A stretch of DNA of 64,000 bases from Balanoglossus misakiensis. Lineage: Eukaryota > Animalia > Hemichordata. Numbering within the stretch: position 1 is the stretch's first letter; each line of letters starts with the position of its first letter. Below the pieces are notes generated by a model. It was given only the letters and a program-made list of their open reading frames with translations. It had not been told where the DNA came from and ran no database searches. Below are positions 53,501 to 64,000 of the stretch, in pieces. The stretch is taken from positions 329,323 to 393,322 of the forward strand of contig CM082589.2 in NCBI GenBank assembly GCA_040954595.2, written 5' to 3'. The translations under genes were made by a program, and so were the position numbers.

Positions 53501-56500
53501 TTTGACGATTTTCCTGAGCTATAACCCATGATTTTTTCAAAAAATGACCAAATTTCGAAAGTTCGCGAAGTCGAAAAATCCTCGATTTTTGACGATTTTC
53601 CTGAGCTATAACCCATGATTTTTTCAAAAAATGACCAAATTTCGAAAGTTCGCGAAGTCGAAAAATCCTCGATTTTTGACGATTTTCCTGAGCTATAACC
53701 CATGATTTTTTCAAAAAATGACCAAATTTCGAAAGTTCGCAAAGTCGAAAAATCCTCGATTTTTGACGATTTTCCTGAACTATAACCCATGATTTTTTCA
53801 AAAAATGACCAAATTTCGAAAGTTCGCAAAGTCGAAAAATCCTCGATTTTTGACGATTTTCCTGAGCTATAACCCATGATTTTTTCAAAAAATGACCAAA
53901 TTTCGAAAGTTCGCAAAGTCGAAAAATCCTCGATTTTTGACGATTTTCCTGAGCTATAACCCATGATTTTTTCAAAAAATGACCAAATTTCGAAAGTTCG
54001 CAAAGTCGAAAAATCCTCGATTTTTGACGATTTTCCTGAGCTATAACCCATGATTTTCTCAAAAAATGACCAAATTTCGAAAGTTCGCGAAGTCGAAAAA
54101 TCCTCGATTTTTGACGATTTTCCTGAGCTATAACCCATGATTTTTTCAAAAAATGACCAAATTTCGAAAGTTCGCAAAGTCGAAAAATCCTCGATTTTTG
54201 ACGATTTTCCTGAGCTATAACCCATGATTTTTTCAAAAAATGACCAAATTTCGAAAGTTTGCAAAGTCGAAAAATCCTCGATTTTTGACGATTTTCCTGA
54301 GCTATAACCCATGATTTTTTCAAAAAATGACCAAATTTCGAAAGTTCGCAAAGTCGAAAAATCCTCGATTTTTGACGATTTTCCTGAGCTATAACCCATG
54401 ATTTTTTCAAAAAATGACCAAATTTCGAAAGTTCGCAAAGTCGAAAAATCCTCGATTTTTGACGATTTTCCTGAGCTATAACCCATGATTTTTTCAAAAA
54501 ATGACCAAATTTCGAAAGTTCGCAAAGTCGAAAAATCCTCGATTTTTGACGATTTTCCTGAGCTATAACCCATGATTTTTTCAAAAAATGACCAAATTTC
54601 GAAAGTTCGCAAAGTCGAAAAATCCTCGATTTTTGACGATTTTCCTGAGCTATAACCCATGATTTTTTCAAAAAATGACCAAATTTCGAAAGTTCGCAAA
54701 GTCGAAAAATCCTCGATTTTTGACGATTTTCCTGAGCTATAACCCATGATATTTTCAAAAAATGACCAAATTTCGAAAGTTCGCAAAGTCGAAAAATCCT
54801 CGATTTTTGACGATTTTCCTGAGCTATAACCCATGATATTTTCAAAAAATGACCAAATTTCGAAAGTTCGCAAAGTCGAAAAATCCTCGATTTTTGACGA
54901 TTTTCCTGAGCTATAACCCATGATATTTTCAAAAAATGACCAAATTTCGAAAGTTCGCAAAGTCGAAAAATCCTCGATTTTTGACGATTTTCCTGAGCTA
55001 TAACCCATGATTTTTTCAAAAAATGACCAAATTTCGAAAGTTCGCAAAGTCGAAAAATCCTCGATTTTTGACGATTTTCCTGAGCTATAACCCATGATTT
55101 TTTCAAAAAATGACCAAATTTCGAAAGTTCGCAAAGTCGAAAAATCCTCGATTTTTGACGATTTTCCTGAGCTATAACCCATGATTTTTTCAAAAAATGA
55201 CCAAATTTCGAAAGTTCGCAAAGTCGAAAAATCCTCGATTTTTGACGATTTTCCTGAGCTATAACCCATGATTTTTTCAAAAAATGACCAAATTTCGAAA
55301 GTTCGCAAAGTCGAAAAATCCTCGATTTTTGACGATTTTCCTGAGCTATAACCCATGATTTTTTCAAAAAATGACCAAATTTCGAAAGTTCGCAAAGTCG
55401 AAAAATCCTCGATTTTTGACGATTTTCCTGAGCTATAACCCATGATTTTTTCAAAAAATGACCAAATTTCGAAAGTTCGCAAAGTCGAAAAATCCTCGAT
55501 TTTTGACGATTTTCCTGAGCTATAACCCATGATTTTTTCAAAAAATGACCAAATTTCGAAAGTTCGCAAAGTCGAAAAATCCTCGATTTTTGACGATTTT
55601 CCTGAGCTATAACCCATGATTTTTTCAAAAAATGACCAAATTTCGAAAGTTCGCAAAGTCGAAAAATCCTCGATTTTTGACGATTTTCCTGAGCTATAAC
55701 CCATGATTTTTTCAAAAAATGACCAAATTTCGAAAGTTCGCAAAGTCGAAAAATCCTCGATTTTTGACGATTTTCCTGAGCTATAACCCATGATTTTTTC
55801 AAAAAATGACCAAATTTCGAAAGTTCGCAAAGTCGAAAAATCCTCGATTTTTGACGATTTTCCTGAGCTATAACCCATGATTTTTTCAAAAAATGACCAA
55901 ATTTCGAAAGTTCGCAAAGTCGAAAAATCCTCGATTTTTGACGATTTTCCTGAGCTATAACCCATGATTTTTTCAAAAAATGACCAAATTTCGAAAGTTC
56001 GCAAAGTCGAAAAATCCTCGATTTTTGACGATTTTCCTGAGCTATAACCCATGATTTTTTCAAAAAATGACCAAATTTCGAAAGTTCGCAAAGTCGAAAA
56101 ATCCTCGATTTTTGACGATTTTCCTGAGCTATAACCCATGATTTTTTCAAAAAATGACCAAATTTCGAAAGTTCGCAAAGTCGAAAAATCCTCGATTTTT
56201 GACGAATTTCCTGAGCTATAACCCATGATTTTTTCAAAAAATGACCAAATTTCGAAAGTTCGCAAAGTCGAAAAATCCTCGATTTTTGACGAATTTCCTG
56301 AGCTATAACCCATGATTTTTTCAAAAAATGACCAAATTTCGAAAGTTCGCAAAGTCGAAAAATCCTCGATTTTTGACGATTTTCCTGAGCTATAACCCAT
56401 GATTTTTTCAAAAAATGACCAAATTTCGAAAGTTCGCAAAGTCGAAAAATCCTCGATTTTTGACGATTTTCCTGAGCTATAACCCATGATTTTTTCAAAA

Positions 56501-59500
56501 AATGACCAAATTTCGAAAGTTCGCAAAGTCGAAAAATCCTCGATTTTTGACGATTTTCCTGAGCTATAACCCATGATTTTTTCAAAAAATGACCAAATTT
56601 CGAAAGTTCGCAAAGTCGAAAAATCCTCGATTTTTGACGATTTTCCTGAGCTATAACCCATGATTTTTTCAAAAAATGACCAAATTTCGAAAGTTCGCAA
56701 AGTCGAAAAATCCTCGATTTTTGACGATTTTCCTGAGCTATAACCCATGATTTTTTCAAAAAATGACCAAATTTCGAAAGTTCGCAAAGTCGAAAAATCC
56801 TCGATTTTTGACGATTTTCCTGAGCTATAACCCATGATTTTTTCAAAAAATGACCAAATTTCGAAAGTTCGCAAAGTCGAAAAATCCTCGATTTTTGACG
56901 ATTTTCCTGAGCTATAACCCATGATTTTTTCAAAAAATGACCAAATTTCGAAAGTTCGCAAAGTCGAAAAATCCTCGATTTTTGACGATTTTCCTGTGCT
57001 ATAACCCATGATTTTTTCAAAAAATGACCAAATTTCGAAAGTTCGCAAAGTCGAAAAATCCTCGATTTTTGACGATTTTCCTGAGCTATAACCCATGATT
57101 TTTTCAAAAAATGACCAAATTTCGAAAGTTCGCAAAGTCGAAAAATCCTCGATTTTTGACGATTTTCCTGAGCTATAACCCATGATTTTTTCAAAAAATG
57201 ACCAAATTTCGAAAGTTTGCAAAGTCGAAAAATCCTCGATTTTTGACGATTTTCCTGAGCTATAACCCATGATTTTTTCAAAAAATGACCAAATTTCGAA
57301 AGTTCGCAAAGTCGAAAAATCCTCGATTTTTGACGATTTTCCTGAGCTATAACCCATGATTTTTTCAAAAAATGACCAAATTTCGAAAGTTCGCAAAGTC
57401 GAAAAATCCTCGATTTTTGACGATTTTCCTGAGCTATAACCCATGATTTTTTCAAAAAATGACCAAATTTCGAAAGTTCGCAAAGTCGAAAAATCCTCGA
57501 TTTTTGACGATTTTCCTGAGCTATAACCCATGATTTTTTCAAAAAATGACCAAATTTCGAAAGTTCGCAAAGTCGAAAAATCCTCGATTTTTGACGATTT
57601 TCCAGAGCTATAACCCATGATTTTTTCAAAAAATGACCAAATTTCGAAAGTTCGCAAAGTCGAAAAATCCTCGATTTTTGACGATTTTCCTGAGCTATAA
57701 CCCATGATTTTTTCAAAAAATGACCAAATTTCGAAAGTTCGCAAAGTCGAAAAATCCTCGATTTTTGACGATTTTCCTGAGCTATAACCCATGATTTTTT
57801 CAAAAAATGACCAAATTTCGAAAGTTCGCAAAGTCGAAAAATCCTCGATTTTTGACGATTTTCCTGAGCTATAACCCATGATTTTTTCAAAAAATGACCA
57901 AATTTCGAAAGTTCGCAAAGTCGAAAAATCCTCGATTTTTGACGATTTTCCTGAGCTATAACCCATGATTTTTTCAAAAAATGACCAAATTTCGAAAGTT
58001 CGCAAAGTCGAAAAATCCTCGATTTTTGACGATTTTCCTGAGCTATAACCCATGATTTTTTCAAAAAATGACCAAATTTCGAAAGTTCGCAAAGTCGAAA
58101 AATCCTCGATTTTTGACGATTTTCCTGAGCTATAACCCATGATTTTTTCAAAAAATGACCAAATTTCGAAAGTTCGCAAAGTCGAAAAATCCTCGATTTT
58201 TGACGATTTTCCTGAGCTATAACCCATGATTTTTTCAAAAAATGACCAAATTTCGAAAGTTCGCAAAGTCGAAAAATCCTCGATTTTTGACGATTTTCCT
58301 GAGCTATAACCCATGATTTTTTCAAAAAATGACCAAATTTCGAAAGTTCGCAAAGTCGAAAAATCCTCGATTTTTGACGATTTTCCTGAGCTATAACCCA
58401 TGATTTTTTCAAAAAATGACCAAATTTCGAAAGTTCGCAAAGTCGAAAAATCCTCGATTTTTGACGATTTTCCTGAGCTATAACCCATGATTTTTTCAAA
58501 AAATGACCAAATTTCGAAAGTTCGCAAAGTCGAAAAATCCTCGATTTTTGACGATTTTCCTGAGCTATAACCCATGATTTTTTCAAAAAATGACCAAATT
58601 TCGAAAGTTCGCAAAGTCGAAAAATCCTCGATTTTTGACGATTTTCCTGAGCTATAACCCATGATTTTTTCAAAAAATGACCAAATTTCGAAAGTTCGCA
58701 AAGTCGAAAAATCCTCGATTTTTGACGATTTTCCTGAGCTATAACCCATGATTTTTTCAAAAAATGACCAAATTTCGAAAGTTCGCAAAGTCGAAAAATC
58801 CTCGATTTTTGACGATTTTCCTGAGCTATAACCCATGATTTTTTCAAAAAATGACCAAATTTCGAAAGTTCGCAAAGTCGAAAAATCCTCGATTTTTGAC
58901 GATTTTCCTGAGCTATAACCCATGATTTTTTCAAAAATGACCAAATTTCGAAAGTTCGCAAAGTCGAAAAATCCTCGATTTTTGACGATTTTCCTGAGCT
59001 ATAACCCATGATTTTTTCAAAAAATGACCAAATTTCGAAAGTTCGCAAAGTCGAAAAATCCTCGATTTTTGACGATTTTCCTGAGCTATAACCCCTGATT
59101 TTTTCAAAAAATGACCAAATTTCGAAAGTTCGCAAAGTCGAAAAATCCTCGATTTTTGACGATTTTCCTGAGCTATAACCCATGATTTTTTCAAAAATGA
59201 CCAAATTTCGAAAGTTCGCAAAGTCGAAAATCCTCGATTTTTGACGATTTTCCTGAGCTATAACCCATGATTTTTCAAAAATGACCAAATTTCGAAAGTT
59301 CGCAAAGTCGAAAAATCCTCGATTTTTGACGATTTTCCTGAGCTATAACCCATGATTTTTTCAAAAATGACCAAATTTCGAAATTCGCAAAGTCGAAAAA
59401 TCCTCGATTTTTGACGATTTTCCTGAGCTATAACCCATGATTTTTTCAAAAAAATGACCAAATTTCGAAAGTTCGCAAAGTCGAAAAATCCTCGATTTTT

Positions 59501-62500
59501 GACGATTTTCCTGAGCTATAACCCATGATTTTTTCAAAAAATGACCAAATTTCGAAAGTTCGCAAAGTCGAAAAATCCTCGATTTTTGACGATTTTCCTG
59601 AGCTATAACCCATGATTTTTTCAAAAAATGACCAAATTTCGAAAGTTCGCGAAGTCGAAAAATCCTCGATTTTTGACGATTTTCCTGAGCTATAACCCAT
59701 GATTTTTTCAAAAAATGACCAAATTTCAAAGTTCGCGAAGTCGAAAAATCCTCGATTTTTGACGATTTTCCTGAGCTATAACCCATGATTTTTTCAAAAA
59801 TGACCAAATTTCGAAAGTTCGCGAAGTCGAAAAATCCTCGATTTTTGACGATTTTCCTGAGCTATAACCCATGATTTTTTCAAAAAATGACCAAATTTCG
59901 AAAGTTCGCGAAGTCGAAAATGCTCGATTTTTGACGATTTTCCTGAGCTATAACCCATGATTTTTTCAAAAAATGACCAAATTTCGAAAGTTCGCGAAGT
60001 CGAAAAATCCTCGATTTTTGACGATTTTCCTGAGCTATAACCCATGATTTTTTCAAAAATGACCAAATTCGAAAGTTCGCGAAGTCGAAAAATCCTCGAT
60101 TTTTGACGATTTTCCTGAGCTATAACCCATGATTTTTTCAAAAAATGACCAAATTTCGAAAGTTCGCAAAGTCGAAAAATCCTCGATTTTTGACGATTTT
60201 CCTGAACTATAACCCATGATTTTTTCAAAAAATGACCAAATTTCGAAAGTTCGCAAAGTCGAAAAATCCTCGATTTTTGACGATTTTCCTGAGCTATAAC
60301 CCATGATTTTTTCAAAAAATGACCAAATTTCGAAAGTTCGCAAAGTCGAAAAATCCTCGATTTTTGACGATTTTCCTGAGCTATAACCCATGATTTTTCA
60401 AAAAATGACCAAATTTCGAAAGTTCGCAAAGTCGAAAAATCCTCGATTTTTGACGATTTTCCTGAGCTATAACCATGATTTTCTCAAAAAATGACCAAAT
60501 TTCGAAAGTTCGCGAAGTCGAAAAATCCTCGATTTTTGACGATTTTCCTGAGCTATAACCCATGATTTTCTCAAAAAATGACCAAATTTCGAAAGTTCGC
60601 AAAGTCGAAAAATCCTCGATTTTTGACGATTTTCCTGAGCTATAACCCATGATTTTCTCAAAAAATGACCAAATTTCGAAAGTTCGCAAAGTCGAAAAAT
60701 CCTCGATTTTTGACGATTTTCCTGAGCTATAACCCATGAATTTCTCAAAAATGACCAAATTTCGAAAGTTCGCGAAGTCGAAAAATCCTCGATTTTTTGA
60801 CGATTTTCCTGAGCTATAACCCATGATTTTCTCAAAAAATGACCAAATTTCGAAAGTTCGCAAAGTCGAAAATCCTCGATTTTTGACGATTTTCCTGAGC
60901 TATAACCCATGATTTTCTCAAAAAATGACCAAATTTCGAAAGTTCGCAAAGTCGAAAAATCCTCGATTTTTGACGATTTTCCTGAGCTATAACCCATGAT
61001 TTTTTCCAAAAAATGACCAAATTTCGAAAGTTCGCAAAGTCGAAAAATCCTCGATTTTTGACGATTTTTCCTGAGCTATAACCCATGATTTTTTCAAAAA
61101 AATGACCAAATTTCGAAAGTTTGCAAAGTCGAAAAATCCTCGATTTTTGACGATTTTCCTGAGCTATAACCCATGATTTTTTTCAAAAAATGACCAAATT
61201 TCGAAAGTTCGCAAAGTCGAAAATCCTCGATTTTTGACGATTTTCCTGAGCTATAACCCATGATTTTTTCAAAAAATGACCAAATTTCGAAAGTTCGCAA
61301 AGTCGAAAATCCTCGATTTTTGACGATTTTCCTGAGCTATAACCCATGATTTTTTCAAAAAATGACCAAATTTCGAAAGTTCGCAAAGTCGAAAAATCCT
61401 CGATTTTTGACGATTTTCCTGAGCTATAACCCATGATTTTTTCAAAAAATGACCAAATTTCGAAAGTTCGCGAAGTCGAAAAATCCTCGATTTTTGACGA
61501 TTTTCCTGAGCTATAACCCATGATTTTTTCAAAAAATGACCAAATTTCGAAAGTTCGCAAAGTCGAAAAATCCTCGATTTTTTGACGATTTTCCTGAGCT
61601 ATAACCCATGATTTTTTCAAAAAATGACCAAATTTCGAAAGTTCGCAAAGTCGAAAAATCCTCGATTTTTGACGATTTTCCTGAGCTATAACCCATGATT
61701 TTTTCAAAAAATGACCAAATTTCGAAAGTTCGCAAAGTCGAAAAATCCTCGATTTTTGACGATTTTCCTGAGCTATAACCCATGATTTTTTCAAAAATGA
61801 CCAAATTTCGAAAGTTCGCAAAGTCGAAAAATCCTCGATTTTTGACGATTTTCCTGAGCTATAACCCATGATTTTTTCAAAAAATGACCAAATTTCGAAA
61901 GTTCGCAAAGTCGAAAAATCCTCGATTTTTGACGATTTTTCCTGAGCTATAACCCATGATTTTTTCAAAAAATGACCAAATTTCGAAAGTTCGCGAAGTC
62001 GAAAAATCCTCGATTTTGACGATTTTCCTGAGCTATAACCCATGATTTTTTCAAAAAAATGACCAAATTTCGAAAGTTCGCGAAGTCGAAAAATCCTCGA
62101 TTTTTGACGATTTTCCTGAGCTATAACCCATGATTTTTTCAAAAAATGACCAAATTTCGAAAGTTCGCGAAGTCGAAAAATCCTCGATTTTTGACGATTT
62201 TCCTGAGCTATAACCCATGATTTTTTCAAAAAATGACCAAATTTCGAAAGTTCGCAAAGTCGAAAAATCCTCGATTTTTGACGATTTTCCTGAGCTATAA
62301 CCCATGATTTTTTCAAAAAATGACCAAATTTCGAAAGTTCGCAAAGTCGAAAAATCCTCGATTTTTGACGATTTTCCTGAGCTATAACCCATGATTTTTT
62401 CAAAAAATGACCAAATTTCGAAAGTTCGCGAAGTCGAAAAATCCTCGATTTTTGACGATTTTCCTGAGCTATAACCCATGATTTTTTCAAAAAAATGACC

Positions 62501-64000
62501 AAATTTCGAAAGTTCGCAAAGTCGAAAAATCCTCGATTTTTGACGATTTTCCTGAGCTATAACCCATGATTTTTTCAAAAAATGACCAAATTTCGAAAGT
62601 TCGCAAAGGTCGAAAAATCCTCGATTTTTTGACGATTTTCCTGAGCTATAACCCATGATTTTTTCAAAAAATGACCAAATTTCGAAAGTTCGCAAGTCGA
62701 AAAATCCTCGATTTTTGACGATTTTCCTGAGCTATAACCATGATTTTTTCAAAAAATGACCGAATTTCGAAAGTTCGCAAAGTCGAAAAATCCTCGATTT
62801 TTGACGATTTCCTGAGCTATAACCCATGATTTTTTCAAAAAATGACCAAATTTCGAAAGTTCGCGAAGTCGAAAAATCCTCGATTTTTGACGATTTTCCT
62901 GAGCTATAACCCATGATTTTTTTCAAAAAATGACCAAATTTCGAAAGTTCGCGAAGTCGAAAAATCCTCGATTTTTGACGATTTTCCTGAGCTATAACCC
63001 ATGATTTTTTCAAAAATGACCAAATTTCGAAAGTTCGCGAAGTCGAAAAATCCTCGATTTTTGACGAATTTCCTGAGCTATAACCCATGATTTTTTCAAA
63101 AAATGACCAAATTTCGAAAGTTCGCGAAGTCGAAAAATCCTCGATTTTTTGACGATTTTCCTGAGCTATAACCCATGATTTTTTCAAAAAATGACCAAAT
63201 TTCGAAAGTTCGCAAAGTCGAAAAATCCTCGATTTTGACGATTTCCTGAGCTATAACCCATGATTTTTTCAAAAAATGACCAAATTTCGAAAGTTCGCAA
63301 AGTCGAAAAATCCTCGATTTTTGACGATTTTCCTGAGCTATAACCCATGATTTTTTCAAAAAATGACCAAATTTCGAAAGTTCGCGAAGTCGAAAAAATC
63401 CTCGATTTTTGACGATTTTCCTGAGCTATAACCCATGGTTTTTTCAAAAAATGACCAAATTTCGAAAATTCGCGAAGTCAAAAAATCGTCGATTTTTGAA
63501 CATTTTCCTGAGCTATAACCCATGGTTTTTTCAAAAAATGACCAAATTTCGAAAATTCGCGAAGTCGAAAAATCGTCGATTTTTGAACATTTTCCTGAGC
63601 TATAACCCATGGTTTTTTCAAAAAATGACCAAATTTCGAAAATTCGCAAAGTCGAAAAATCCTCGATTTTTGACGATTTTCTGAGCTATAACCCATGATT
63701 TTTTCAAAAAATGACCAAATTTCGAAAGTTCGCGAAGTCGAAAAATCCTCGATTTTTGACGATTTTCCTGAGCTATAAACCCATGATTTTTTCAAAAAAT
63801 GACCAAATTTCGAAAGTTCGCGAAGTCGAAAAATCCTCGATTTTTGACGATTTTCCTGAGCTATAACCCATGATTTTTTCAAAAAATGACCAAATTTCGA
63901 AGTTCGCGAAGTCGAAAAATCCTCGATTTTTGACGATTTTCCTGAGCTATAACCCATGATTTTTTCAATAAATGACCAAATTTCGAAAGTTCGCGAAGTC
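47561..64000. repeat. 87-bp tandem satellite array, about 186 regular copies from ~47790, preceded by 2-3 degenerate copies; continues beyond the window
   Basis: Monomer CTATAACCCATGATTTTTTCAAAAAATGACCAAATTTCGAAAGTTCGCAAAGTCGAAAAATCCTCGATTTTTGACGATTTTCCTGAG. The line pattern recurs every 1740 nt (20 x 87). 33% GC, 5 CpG per unit. Confidence 0.99.

Noticed and set aside
47714-59288. Giant 1764-2091 aa minus-strand ORFs of 29-aa repeats
   Set aside because: The monomer is 87 bp (a multiple of 3) and happens to lack stops in two frames. Two overlapping frames are equally open, there is no synonymous-site bias, no unique N- or C-terminal domain, and single-base indels break the frames. This is a satellite artefact unless ribosome profiling or proteomics shows otherwise.
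47790-64000. CRISPR-like array
   Set aside because: Units are head-to-tail identical with no unique spacers, there are no cas genes, and the context is a spliced animal gene.

Overview
AT-rich animal genomic DNA, probably from a marine invertebrate; a non-vertebrate deuterostome such as a hemichordate is plausible but is inference only. The first ~47.3 kb hold the 3' part of a + strand NMDA receptor GluN1 gene (GRIN1/Nmdar1 orthologue). I traced 14 GT-AG coding exons from 25493 to the stop at 45728. They join in frame (2463 nt, 820 aa plus stop) and cover most of the amino-terminal domain, S1, M1-M3, S2, M4 and the C-tail. I did not recognise the 5' exons, so 1-25492 is probably one large intron. 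About 100 bp after the likely distal poly(A) signal there is a short structured junction containing an 11-bp inverted repeat and an inverted satellite fragment. This is followed by a highly homogeneous 87-bp tandem satellite (about 186 copies) running off the window end. The giant minus-strand ORFs are by-products of this satellite. No clearly new protein-coding system is visible. The best leads are the satellite (transposon-like terminus, ~6.3 kb higher-order structure, heat-shock-element variant), candidate GluN1 splice variants and residue changes, and a strong excess of the palindrome TACATGTA.
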